DNA of 64,000 bases from Candidatus Gottesmanbacteria bacterium. GTDB taxonomy: Bacteria > Patescibacteriota > Microgenomatia > UBA10105 > UBA927. Below, piece after piece: positions 10,098-19,278 of this stretch. Each line of letters begins with the position of its first letter. The stretch's first letter is position 1. Location of the stretch: positions 825,814 to 889,813 of the forward strand of contig CAWBPL010000002.1 in the NCBI GenBank assembly GCA_963790805.1, written 5' to 3'. The position numbers were made by a program, and so were the translations under genes. The notes beneath the pieces were generated by a model, which did not search any database, was not told where the DNA came from, and saw only the letters and a list, made by a program, of their open reading frames with translations.

Positions 10098-10484
10098 TTA
10101 GAGATTCTGCCTTCTTGATTGAAGTCTTTGATTTCTATTAGCACTCTCTATTTCTTCCTTTTGTTGAGTTTCTCTGACTGCTTTACTTAGGGAAGCTTGA
10201 AGGTCAGTAGCAAGTTGTTCCTTGTTTGGGCCTTGGATCCGTAAGCCAATATACCCATTCACCTCGATCATAGTAACTTTACTCCAATCGCCGCCGTTCT
10301 CACGGTATGCATCTTGCCATGAACTTATCCTATCACTTTCGACCTGATTTTCGGAGAACACCGTGATGTCACCGCCAAAATTCCCATAGCTCCCACTACT
10401 AAAGCGGTCAGAATATCGAATATTATTTTGTGGTCTTAACCAATTTTCAAGCATAGAGTTCCCATTGCACGCATGGTGTGCCAA
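10098..10484 (-). CDS. Hypothetical protein inserted between rplA and rplJ.
   Basis: 128-aa ORF on the operon strand. No recognisable domain. Confidence 0.45.
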   Translation of the reverse strand: MAHHACNGNSMLENWLRPQNNIRYSDRFSSGSYGNFGGDITVFSENQVESDRISSWQDAYRENGGDWSKVTMIEVNGYIGLRIQGPNKEQLATDLQASLSKAVRETQQKEEIESANRNQRLQSRRQNL

Positions 10485-10671
10485 GAAGTTTTTATTATAG
10501 GATATTCTTGTAAAGAATACAAGATAAGCGGTTTACTTAAATATCATGCCGAGGACGTCGCCGGCGACTTTACCGATGGCTGCGCCGATCTTTCTGGTGG
10601 CTGCCAATGTTGCCTGAAGCACCGCTGCGAGATTGCGGGACTTTTCGTAGGACGCTTGCTGTTGTAGTTGT

Positions 10672-11229
10672 TCAGCTGATAGCTCTGCCATAAAAAACGG
10701 GTGTATGTAACTGCGTATAGAATAACATAAACTGATAAAGGAGTCGATAAAAATGCTTAAAATAAAGCGTCAGGTAATACGTCAGTTCCTTATCCGTTAC
10801 GGCTTTGGGGTCGTTAAAATAATCGCCCATAAAATCCTCTATTTGCCGCTTTTGACCGTATTGGTGCTGTGCTTCGACAAATTTCTGGCTCCAGTGCGTC
10901 TGGTGATTTTCGAGCGTCGTCATATAGGAAGGGGTATTCGTGAAAAAATCCTTCTCTCTCACGAGCTCACTCCCGTAAAGAATAAGCCGTGTGACGAGGG
11001 CGGAATCAAAGCCGAATGCGGTGGCTTTTCGCAGTTGAGCCACAAATTCGGGGGTGGGTACTTCCGGAACATTCATATTGAGCTCTGCCGTGATATAGAC
11101 TTTACTCAATTCCTCCATCCAGTGTTTTTCACTTCGGGTGAGTCCGCATTTTTGGGGATTGTTGATACACGCGCCGATGAATTCGCGTGCGGCATCTTTT
11201 AAGGATTGGACAAGAGATAACGAGGACAT
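10672..11229 (-). CDS. Hypothetical protein inserted between rplA and rplJ.
   Basis: 185-aa ORF on the operon strand. No recognisable domain. Confidence 0.45.
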   Translation of the reverse strand: MSSLSLVQSLKDAAREFIGACINNPQKCGLTRSEKHWMEELSKVYITAELNMNVPEVPTPEFVAQLRKATAFGFDSALVTRLILYGSELVREKDFFTNTPSYMTTLENHQTHWSQKFVEAQHQYGQKRQIEDFMGDYFNDPKAVTDKELTYYLTLYFKHFYRLLYQFMLFYTQLHTPVFYGRAIS

Positions 11230-11300
11230 ACCTTCTTTATTACTATAGCCGATGGGGGTGTGTGAGACAAGATGAGTGTTAAGAAGCTTGGTGTAAGAGA

Positions 11301-11507
11301 CTATTTTCGGGTAACGGAGGGAGGTGCCATCTTGAAATCACGGGGCGGGAATAAATCGTTCATTAGATCAATTAATTCTTGAGGGTTATTATCATAGAAG
11401 TGGGTCGCAAGCATATTTTCAAATTCACTCATTGCAGTAACATTGTCTGCTAGACGTACTCGTATTGATTCAAAGGGGTCTACAGGTTGTCCTTCATCTG
11501 CTCCCAT
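11301..11507 (-). CDS. Small hypothetical ORF, possibly the upstream part of the 10672..11229 gene.
   Basis: 68-aa ORF sitting 71 nt upstream of the 185-aa ORF. Confidence 0.25.
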   Translation of the reverse strand: MGADEGQPVDPFESIRVRLADNVTAMSEFENMLATHFYDNNPQELIDLMNDLFPPRDFKMAPPSVTRK

Positions 11508-11537
11508 AATTTTAATATACCATCGATATTTGAGCTG

Positions 11538-12416
11538 TCAATTAAGAAGGATTTTAACGCCCGGTCCCATGGAAGCGGCAATTGTGGCTTTCGCAATTTT
11601 GCTTGTGCCGATGGCGGTAAGTGCCGCCTCAACATTTTCAACAAGCTGTTTTTCTTCAAAAGATACTTTGCCGACGCTTAAATGGATAAGCGGCTGATCC
11701 GGTTCGGTTTTAAAGTTTACCTGCCCGTGAGAAAGCTCTTTGGCGCGCTTTTCGGGATCCGGCGTGACCGTGCCGTTTTTAGGATTTGGCATAAGTCCTT
11801 TGGGACCTAAAATTCGTGCGACTTTGGCGAGCTTCGGCATCATGCTGGGGTGGGCAACTAGAATGTCAAAATCGATTTTGCCCGCCGTGACTGCGTCCAA
11901 GACGGCATCATCAGCGATAACAACGCGTACCTGCTGGCCCGTGCCGTGCGGAAAGTTGATGCTGCCGCGCATGTCTTTTTTTTCTCCTAACATCTGCGGG
12001 TTGAGGTTGATGTGAAGTTCAACCGTGCCATCGAATTTCGTCAGACTTGTTTGTTTGATCAGTGATACAGCCTGTGAAAGGGAATACAATTTGGTTTTAT
12101 CGACCAGCGCGGCTTTTTCCGCGTACTTTTTGGAGTGGACATGAACTTTTTTCTCTTTTTTGGCTTTTTTGGCTTCTTTTGATGCTCCTTCGGTGGCTTC
12201 GACTTCCTCAATCAGTTTTTTAAATTCCGGACGGATATCGGTGCCTTCAACCACATTTACACGCTCTCCGCCTTTCATGCCGACGCCTTCGACTTTGGCT
12301 TTTTTACTTTCCTTGGTCTGCCGGCGTGCTTCTGCGCGGCGTTTCTGTTCTTTTTCTTCTGATACATCGCCCAATGCGGCGACCCGTATTTTTCCCATAT
12401 TATCCTTCCACCTCAA
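11538..12416 (-). CDS. rplA: 50S ribosomal protein L1 with an about 90-aa Lys/Glu-rich N-terminal extension (the start codon is uncertain).
   Basis: The core KKYAEKAALVDKTKLYSLSQAVSLIK...GPKGLMPNPK aligns to L1. The ORF extends upstream and overlaps the rplK stop. Confidence 0.9.
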   Translation of the reverse strand: MRWKDNMGKIRVAALGDVSEEKEQKRRAEARRQTKESKKAKVEGVGMKGGERVNVVEGTDIRPEFKKLIEEVEATEGASKEAKKAKKEKKVHVHSKKYAEKAALVDKTKLYSLSQAVSLIKQTSLTKFDGTVELHINLNPQMLGEKKDMRGSINFPHGTGQQVRVVIADDAVLDAVTAGKIDFDILVAHPSMMPKLAKVARILGPKGLMPNPKNGTVTPDPEKRAKELSHGQVNFKTEPDQPLIHLSVGKVSFEEKQLVENVEAALTAIGTSKIAKATIAASMGPGVKILLN

Positions 12417-12828
12417 TGCCCATGCTGCGGGCTGTTCCTGCGACTACTTTTATAGCCGCTTCTACATTGTCTGTATTTAAATCGGGCAATTTATCTTTTG
12501 CAATTTGTTCAATCTGAGCTTTCGTAAGCTTGGCTGCTACTTCGCGGCCTGCTTTGCCGCCGCCTTTATCAATCGCCAGAATCTTTAAAATCATGGCGGA
12601 TACGGGCGGAAGTTTAGTGATAAAGGTAAACGTGCGGTCTTCAAATACGGTGATAACTGCCGGTATAATCTGACCTTTAAGCTTCATCGTTTTTTCGTTG
12701 TAGGCTTTGACAAACTCCATGATCGGAAGTCCGTGCTGTCCGAGAGCTGGACCCACAGGTGGAGCGGCTGTGGCTTCGCCGGCTTTGAGGTTGAGTTTGA
12801 TAATGGTTTTAACTTTTTTGGCTGCCAT
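12400..12828 (-). CDS. rplK: 50S ribosomal protein L11.
   Basis: MAAKKVKTIIKLNLKAGEATAAPPVGPALGQHG is the L11 N-terminal signature. Confidence 0.95.
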   Translation of the reverse strand: MAAKKVKTIIKLNLKAGEATAAPPVGPALGQHGLPIMEFVKAYNEKTMKLKGQIIPAVITVFEDRTFTFITKLPPVSAMILKILAIDKGGGKAGREVAAKLTKAQIEQIAKDKLPDLNTDNVEAAIKVVAGTARSMGIEVEG

Positions 12829-13033
12829 ACGTAAGTTAGGTTTAAGAATACGTGAAGAAGATAGGAGGAAACGAATAGTTGCTCGAAATCTTCTTCAGAT
12901 TTCTCCCTCACCCGCCATCTGGCGGACGAAGTAAAGAGTATTATAGCAGGAGATCCGCGTTGCGTAAAGAGAGCGGCTGCGGGGAATGAGACTTGGCCCT
13001 TGAATTATCTTCGGATTTGTCTGATTATAGAGA

Positions 13034-14488
13034 GTGAATTGTATGGCAAAAAAAGTGAAGCGAAATACCCGAAGAATATCTGAAAGACGGCGAACCGCAA
13101 AATCTGCATCGCCTTTCATCTGGACAATTGTGTTACTTGTGGGGTTGCTCTTTGGCATCGTTGTCACGATGATTGCCGTGTCACGTCCCACACCGGCTCC
13201 ACCTCATGCATCAGCATGTAATGATTCAGGCTGTGCCAATGTTGTTTGGCAGCATAACCCCCCTGTCTATCAAATTACCAATTGTGATCCAAGTGTGACA
13301 GTATGCGACGCCAACGGTGATCAGCAGATTTGTATCAGTAATAAAATCGGTATGTGCGGGGGTAAGCAATATTGCTGTCCCGGAGCCGGTCAACAATGGA
13401 CCACCAACATGTCTGCCTGTGCGGGTTTACCTCCCTATGTAAGCGCGTGTGTGACGCAAACGCAGACTCAGACGCCGGCTGCCACCAATACACCGACCTA
13501 TACACCCACGCCTACAACCACTACGGCACCCAGTCAAAATACCGTTCCGACGTGCAGCGGTTTGACAACAAACGTAAGTTCCTCAGTTACCGCGCCGGCC
13601 ACCATAACTCTTACGTGTTTGGGTGTTGATCCGGATGGATATGTAAACGGTGCACAGTTTACGTTCGGCGACGGATCATCTCAAACTCTCACACGAAATG
13701 TCGGGAGTCCCGGATCGATTTCAATTTCCCACACATACAATTCTGCCGGTACGGAAAGCTTGACGTGCATGGTGGAAGATAACAACAGTGCATGGTCTAA
13801 CTCGTGTCAGGCAACCATCACGGTTAATTCGGCTATCACGGCGGCACCTACCTATACATACGTTACGTATAACACGCCTACCAATACGCCTCTTCCGACG
13901 CCCACGCCGACGTATTATATTTTAAGCTACTGCAATCAGTCCTGTACCAATAATCTGGATTGTCCCGGAGGACTTATTTGTGTGCCTACAGGAAATTCGA
14001 CTCAAGGATGCCGGAATGCATTTTGCTCGAGTGCGTCATCGTGTTTGTGCAGTGAAGAGTCCGGCATGGGTAGTTTAGCGGTTGTTCCGACCATAGCCGA
14101 GGCGAATCCGCCGGGAAGCGGGCGTCAGATTCCGCTTTCTGTTTCATCATTTTTCGATAAAAATGGCAATACGAACAGTAAGCCGAATATCTGTGGTATA
14201 AGCGAAGCCGGAGCGACGATAGATATTTCCATATTTCCGGATGCAGTCAATGGGGAAGTTACCGCGGATACGAGTGGAAAATGGTGTTATCAACCGCCAA
14301 AACCTCTTTCTGCCGGCAAAAAGAGTCTTCTTGTTGTTGCGAAAAAAGCGGATGGTCAGGGACAGCTGTCACTGACGTTTAACGTGATTGCGCCGACAAC
14401 CAGTGGTATATCATACGGCTGGATTATCCTCATCCTCATTCTTATTGCCGTCGGATTCGGAGGGTATGTGTATTATAAATCGATGTAG
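13034..14488 (+). CDS. Membrane-anchored Cys-rich surface protein with PT-rich linkers and a PKD-like domain. It is antisense to, and inserted within, the ribosomal-protein cluster.
   Basis: It has an N-terminal TM anchor and PTYTPTPTTTT linkers. The GVDPDGYVNGAQFTFGDGSS stretch is a PKD-like motif. There is a C-terminal TM segment. Confidence 0.65.
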   Translation: MNCMAKKVKRNTRRISERRRTAKSASPFIWTIVLLVGLLFGIVVTMIAVSRPTPAPPHASACNDSGCANVVWQHNPPVYQITNCDPSVTVCDANGDQQICISNKIGMCGGKQYCCPGAGQQWTTNMSACAGLPPYVSACVTQTQTQTPAATNTPTYTPTPTTTTAPSQNTVPTCSGLTTNVSSSVTAPATITLTCLGVDPDGYVNGAQFTFGDGSSQTLTRNVGSPGSISISHTYNSAGTESLTCMVEDNNSAWSNSCQATITVNSAITAAPTYTYVTYNTPTNTPLPTPTPTYYILSYCNQSCTNNLDCPGGLICVPTGNSTQGCRNAFCSSASSCLCSEESGMGSLAVVPTIAEANPPGSGRQIPLSVSSFFDKNGNTNSKPNICGISEAGATIDISIFPDAVNGEVTADTSGKWCYQPPKPLSAGKKSLLVVAKKADGQGQLSLTFNVIAPTTSGISYGWIILILILIAVGFGGYVYYKSM

Positions 14489-14593
14489 ATTTGTCGTTGC
14501 GAGACCGTTCTTACGGCATGGTATCCTCAAAGGATAGAAGAGATTGCTTCACCCACGACTTTGTCGGGATTTACAATGACAATGAGAAAAAGT

Positions 14594-15226
14594 TTACAGT
14601 TTACTTACTTGCAAAAAATCTAGCTCTACCGGAGTTTCCCGTCCGAATATAGAAACGAGCACTTTGACTTTGCCTTTTTCTTCATCAATGGCATCAATCG
14701 TACCCAAGAAATCAGCAAACGGCCCGTCGACAATTTTGACGGCTTCGCCCATCGAAAACGTCGTTTTGTATTTAGGCGCTTCCATGGCCATAAACTTCAA
14801 AATCGTTCCGACTTCCGTTTCAGAGATTGGCGTCGGCTTATTGCCGGCTCCCACAAACGCGGTGACGCCCTGCGTGGTGCGAACGGCCAGCCACGATTCA
14901 TCATCCAGAACCATTTTTACGAGGATGTAGCCGGGAAAAATCTTTTCTTTCTGTTCTTCTTTTTTGCCGTGCTTAACGGTCACGATATTGCGGGTAGGGA
15001 CGACGATGTCAAAGATTTTATCAGCAAGCTTCATCGTCTCGATCCGTTGTTTGAGGTTCGCCGAGACCTTATTTTCGTGGCCGGAATACGTGTGAACGAC
15101 ATACCATTTGGCGTTCGGCGGTGCGACGCGTTTGGGTTCCTCAACGACAACCGGAGGTACGGCTTGCACCGGAGTTTTTTTCACTTCTTTCACTTCTTCT
15201 TTTTTAGGTTCATTTTGATCGCTCAT
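14594..15226 (-). CDS. nusG: Transcription termination/antitermination factor NusG, with an about 40-aa KE/P-rich N-terminal extension.
   Basis: KWYVVHTYSGHENKV (NGN domain) and a C-terminal KOW domain (GEAVKIVDGPFADFLGTI). Confidence 0.9.
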   Translation of the reverse strand: MSDQNEPKKEEVKEVKKTPVQAVPPVVVEEPKRVAPPNAKWYVVHTYSGHENKVSANLKQRIETMKLADKIFDIVVPTRNIVTVKHGKKEEQKEKIFPGYILVKMVLDDESWLAVRTTQGVTAFVGAGNKPTPISETEVGTILKFMAMEAPKYKTTFSMGEAVKIVDGPFADFLGTIDAIDEEKGKVKVLVSIFGRETPVELDFLQVSKL

Positions 15227-15230
15227 AAGT

Positions 15231-15446
15231 TTACCTTCCTAATAATAATTTTTGTCCCTGTAAAAAGACCGCATCCAGTCCGCCGATAAACGCACCAACG
15301 ACGACTGATAAAACGATGACGACAGCCGTCAATTTAATGGTTTCATCGCGTGTGGGCCATGTAACGCGCTTCAATTCTGCAATCACCTCGTTTATGAACT
15401 GAACCGGCGCGACATTGGGCATTTTTGGCGTATTTGGTTTTTCCAT
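15231..15446 (-). CDS. secE: Preprotein translocase subunit SecE, using the internal Met of the longer listed ORF.
   Basis: The C-terminus (FINEVIAELKRVTWPTRDETIKLTAVVIVLSVVVGAFIGGLD) is SecE-like. It sits immediately upstream of nusG. Confidence 0.7.
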   Translation of the reverse strand: MEKPNTPKMPNVAPVQFINEVIAELKRVTWPTRDETIKLTAVVIVLSVVVGAFIGGLDAVFLQGQKLLLGR

Positions 15447-15480
15447 GGCACTTTTCAATGATATCACGCGTTTCTTTCCT

Positions 15481-15504
15481 AAACAAAACCCCCTCCCAGG
15501 GGTT
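15481..15504 (-). terminator. Rho-independent terminator between the upstream secreted-protein gene and secE.
   Basis: Minus strand: AACCCCTGGGAGGGGGTTTTGTTT. Confidence 0.5.
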
Positions 15505-15553
15505 ACCGTGATAGTGTAGCAAAATGAGGGTACGTTGTAAAGAGGAGCTCTGT

Positions 15554-17350
15554 TTAGGGGGTAGGGCTTGTTGTTGGATTGTTGGTTATCTGGCAGGACG
15601 CTGATTCCTGTTGCGATAAAAATCCGTACCAGAATTGTATATCTGGGGGAAAATCGGGGTTTAGGGTATATGCGCTTGTTGCCGGCGTATTGCACATATA
15701 TCCGTTTGCCTCATCTTCTCCGGCATATTGGCACATAAAATGAGAAAAGGGCGTTAAATTTTTTGCAAGCGACGCAGCACATTGGACCTGTGAAGACATG
15801 AAACTTTGATCGCTGCCGGAGCCGCCAGCGCTTGAACCGCACGATAATCCATTGATTCCGGCTGACTCTTCGATCCAAAGAGCCAGAGCGAGCGTCGGAT
15901 TCATGCCGTCTGCGGCGGCCTGTGCTTGGACGTATTTTGCATTCAAATTAAGATTTTTTGTGCCGGTTTGCCAGTCCATTCCTGAATAATATAAACGCAT
16001 TTCGCTTTCAGCCTGGCAAATCATTTGATCGGATACGACACAAGCAGTGTTTTGATATGGCAATGAATAGGTGAGCGTATTTGTGTTTGTTGTCTGGGGA
16101 GTACCGACGGTAACCGGCTGGTTGGGGTCACAGCTTAACGGTGCCGGAGGGGTTGGCGTCAGTGTCGGAGTCGGGGAACACCGGTCCTGTTGCAGGACGG
16201 CAAGCGTTACGGCATCGCAGAGATAGTTGTATCCCGCCTGAACGAGGTTATCCATTTGCGTTGTTGTCGTAAGTGTATCAAACGATCCCTGCATGGGATT
16301 GTCAACGACCCGCGCATTTATTTGACTTGGGCGATAGTCGACCACCTTGTAAGACTCAATGAATCCTGATGATTTTTGCGTATACAGATTTTTTTCTTTG
16401 CCGGTAACCGGTGAATTTAAAAAGTCTGCCTGTATGCAGCCCGGTCCCCAGCAGGTATACTGCTCGGATTTAGGCGTACGCGTTGAATTTTCTATAACGG
16501 CATGTGACTTGATGCTGTCTGCGAGGTGCCAGACATATTGCAGGAGCTGGTATAGGTCAAATATGACTATTCCCTCGGATTTTATGGGGTTAACCGCGCT
16601 TTCGGTACCCAACGAGACAAAACCGCAGCCGTATAGTGCAGCCTTTTTAACGTATTCCGTGGCTTGTTCGAAATTGAGGTTATCATTTTTAAACAGGCCT
16701 AATTCGCTTGCTAAGTTTTTGCTGTGTTGAACGAGAGGATTTACCCACGGAAGAGATATGCGGTATTTTGAGTTACTGAGAGACTGCCACACGAGATTAC
16801 CGCGGTCATCGTAATAACAGGTTCTGCCCATATCTGTTTCATATTGCGGGTTCGTGAAGGGAGTTGTGTTTGTCTGGATCGTTGCCGGAGTCATATATGG
16901 ATCCTCGTTTGTGTCCCAGTCAGCCCAGTGGGTGAAATCCGGTCGCGTGTAGCCGGGCGCCGGTTTGTAATTAATGTCATATGTGTGGGTAATTGCTGTA
17001 CCGACAGGATCGAACCACGTTCTTGTTACTGGCGGCTTGCCTGTGGTTTCTGTGTGTTTCGTAGCAGTGGATTGGCCTATTGATGTGTGCTCGCCCATGT
17101 CCGGTGCTTCGTGGCAAATGGCGCCGACAGGGGCGATACCGCTACAGAGGCCCTGAAATGCGTCGGGCTGTGATTCATCATCGATAAAATCGCCGTTTGG
17201 CGCAGGAGTTGGCGAAGTCGGCGGAGTGTCTGCATAGACATGTCGAACACCAGCGGTACCAAGAGAAAGAAAAAGCGCGGTGGCAAAAACTATAGCACCC
17301 ACAAAATATAAAGCACGCGACTTCATATGTCCATCATAGCAAATTGACAA
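15554..17350 (-). CDS. Large secreted hypothetical protein with a signal peptide.
   Basis: N-terminal hydrophobic signal peptide followed by PTSPTPAP, in a 598-aa ORF. Confidence 0.55.
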   Translation of the reverse strand: MSICYDGHMKSRALYFVGAIVFATALFLSLGTAGVRHVYADTPPTSPTPAPNGDFIDDESQPDAFQGLCSGIAPVGAICHEAPDMGEHTSIGQSTATKHTETTGKPPVTRTWFDPVGTAITHTYDINYKPAPGYTRPDFTHWADWDTNEDPYMTPATIQTNTTPFTNPQYETDMGRTCYYDDRGNLVWQSLSNSKYRISLPWVNPLVQHSKNLASELGLFKNDNLNFEQATEYVKKAALYGCGFVSLGTESAVNPIKSEGIVIFDLYQLLQYVWHLADSIKSHAVIENSTRTPKSEQYTCWGPGCIQADFLNSPVTGKEKNLYTQKSSGFIESYKVVDYRPSQINARVVDNPMQGSFDTLTTTTQMDNLVQAGYNYLCDAVTLAVLQQDRCSPTPTLTPTPPAPLSCDPNQPVTVGTPQTTNTNTLTYSLPYQNTACVVSDQMICQAESEMRLYYSGMDWQTGTKNLNLNAKYVQAQAAADGMNPTLALALWIEESAGINGLSCGSSAGGSGSDQSFMSSQVQCAASLAKNLTPFSHFMCQYAGEDEANGYMCNTPATSAYTLNPDFPPDIQFWYGFLSQQESASCQITNNPTTSPTP

Positions 17351-17372
17351 ATGGTTCGAAAGCGGAATACAA

Positions 17373-18299
17373 TTGCTTCAATTGCCCGAGTTGAAACGAT
17401 TCCGCCGGCAACGCCATATGTTAAAGACGATATCAAAAGTGAGAAAAGCAGTCATACCAGCCGCCGGATTCGGCACGCGATTTCTTCCCCAGACGAAAGC
17501 AATGCCCAAAGAGATGCTCCCCATCGTTGACAAGCCGGTTATTCAATATGTGGTTGAGGAACTTGTCGCATCGGGTATAACCGATATTGTTATCGTCACC
17601 GGCTGGCATAAACGGTCGATTGAGGATCACTTTGATTACCCGTATGAGCTTATCAAAACCCTCGAGCAGCAAAAGAAAGAAGATTTATTGGATGAAGTCA
17701 AACGGACCGCATCGCTTGCCAATTTTATTTATATCCGGCAAAAAGGTCCGTATGGCAACGGAACGCCGGTACTTTGCGCCAAATCAATCATGGGTGATGA
17801 GCCGTTTGTCGCGATCTGGGGCGATGAATTTATTTATGCTACCCCGCCGAGGACCAAGCAATGCATAGAAGTGTTTGAAAAATACGGGGACCCCGTTATA
17901 TCCGCCGTACGGGTGCCCAAAGAGGACGTTTCGCGTTACGGCATAGTCGAGGCGACCAATGTAGAAAAAAATATCTGGCAGATTCAAAAATTGTTGGAAA
18001 AGCCGTCTCAGGAAGAAGCTCCGTCCAATCTGGCAGCTCACGGATGCTATATACTGACGCCGGATATTTTCCCTATTCTCGAATCAGTAGCTCCCGGAAG
18101 AAGCGGTGAAATCTGGCTTACGGATGCTCTAAAACAACTTATGAAGACGCGCCCGATTTATGCATGTGAAGTGAAAAATGCGAAATATTATGACACAGGG
18201 AATAAGCTCGAATACCTCAAAACCGTTGTGGAATTTGCGCTCACCCATAAAGAATTAAACGGAGAATTCAGAAAGTACCTCAAGAGCCTTAAGATTTAA
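17373..18299 (+). CDS. galU: UTP--glucose-1-phosphate uridylyltransferase. The start is probably the internal Met near 17418.
   Basis: KAVIPAAGFGTRFLPQTKAMPKEMLPIVDKPVIQYVVEE is the GalU signature. Confidence 0.85.
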   Translation: MLQLPELKRFRRQRHMLKTISKVRKAVIPAAGFGTRFLPQTKAMPKEMLPIVDKPVIQYVVEELVASGITDIVIVTGWHKRSIEDHFDYPYELIKTLEQQKKEDLLDEVKRTASLANFIYIRQKGPYGNGTPVLCAKSIMGDEPFVAIWGDEFIYATPPRTKQCIEVFEKYGDPVISAVRVPKEDVSRYGIVEATNVEKNIWQIQKLLEKPSQEEAPSNLAAHGCYILTPDIFPILESVAPGRSGEIWLTDALKQLMKTRPIYACEVKNAKYYDTGNKLEYLKTVVEFALTHKELNGEFRKYLKSLKI

Positions 18300-18329
18300 T
18301 TTGCGTAGGCTCCTCATTTCTCTTATTAT

Positions 18330-18875
18330 ATGGGTATGCGACGAAGTTTCAGAAGAATTAAAGGGGCAGGTTTTTTCCTCTGGCAAGCCAAACATGAACT
18401 TTTCCACGTACTTTTAGGACTCATGTGGGCGTGGGTGCTAAGGGAGGTTTGGAATGAATTTAATGTAAAGTGGATATTAACCGCGGCATTCGGGAGCCTC
18501 CTTCCGGACGCAGAACACTTTGTCTATTTTTTAACCTATGGGAAAAAGGATCCTTATACGCAGGCGGTGGTTACATTTTTGAAAAACAAAGAGTGGAGAG
18601 TGCTGGTAAAATTTGTGTCCAAAGGTCACAAGTATCAAACAAGTCTTGCATTTCATAATTATTATGTTATCGTCGCTTTTTTGAGCGTGAGCGCGTTATC
18701 GTATATATACGACTGGCGATTCGGCGTTGTTCTGTTTGGTGCCATGGCTATTCATTATCTCTACGATCTTGTCGATGACGTTTTTCTTTTAGGATATATC
18801 AACCCCAACTGGAAACGTTTTGGCCGTACAAAATCCCGCGCCACATCCAACAGATCCACAGAAGACGTATTGTAA
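18330..18875 (+). CDS. Hypothetical membrane protein.
   Basis: Several hydrophobic helices; no clear motif. Confidence 0.45.
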   Translation: MGMRRSFRRIKGAGFFLWQAKHELFHVLLGLMWAWVLREVWNEFNVKWILTAAFGSLLPDAEHFVYFLTYGKKDPYTQAVVTFLKNKEWRVLVKFVSKGHKYQTSLAFHNYYVIVAFLSVSALSYIYDWRFGVVLFGAMAIHYLYDLVDDVFLLGYINPNWKRFGRTKSRATSNRSTEDVL

Positions 18876-18886
18876 CGTTTACACTT

Positions 18887-19267
18887 GTGACTACACACTT
18901 TATTACCAGACAAATTAAGGGGAAAGGCAGAGGAAAATTTCTAGGATTCCCGACGATAAACATGGAAATTCCTAAAAATTTTGTTTTACAGGATGGAATT
19001 TATGCAGTTTGGGTGACGCTAAACGGGACCAAATTTCGCGGAGCCCTGCATTGGGGGCCGATCCCGACATTTGACGAAAAAGAAAAAAGTCTTGAAGTTT
19101 TTTTATTAGGTGTCGGGGAGCACGAGCTTTCTCATGCGAATATTGGCTCAATTTTGGTAGAACCGGTTGAACGCATGAGGGATGTCATAAAATTTCCCTC
19201 CGTCGATACACTGACGCAGCAGATGGAAAAAGACGTTCTGGAAGTAAGAAGAATTTTGACGGAGTAA
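18887..19267 (+). CDS. Monofunctional riboflavin kinase (flavokinase domain).
   Basis: GKGRGKFLGFPTIN matches the flavokinase GRGxxLGFPTAN motif. Confidence 0.65.
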   Translation: MTTHFITRQIKGKGRGKFLGFPTINMEIPKNFVLQDGIYAVWVTLNGTKFRGALHWGPIPTFDEKEKSLEVFLLGVGEHELSHANIGSILVEPVERMRDVIKFPSVDTLTQQMEKDVLEVRRILTE

Positions 19268-19278
19268 AAAAGCGTTAT

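Noticed and set aside
10485-10671. Small minus-strand ORF (…AEQLQQQASYEKS…GMIFK) downstream of the 10672 gene, and plus-strand ORF 10473..10667.
   Set aside because: It is out of frame with the upstream gene and lacks its own start context. It may reflect a frameshifted tail but is too short to call.
15447-15553. Expected tRNA-Trp immediately upstream of secE.
   Set aside because: No cloverleaf could be folded there; the spacer contains a terminator hairpin instead. tRNA-Trp is found at 26179..26249.
15447-15695. The N-terminal 83 aa of the listed 154-aa ORF 15231..15695.
   Set aside because: Only the C-terminal 72 aa resemble SecE. The upstream part overlaps a terminator hairpin and has no homology, so the internal Met at 15446 was used instead.
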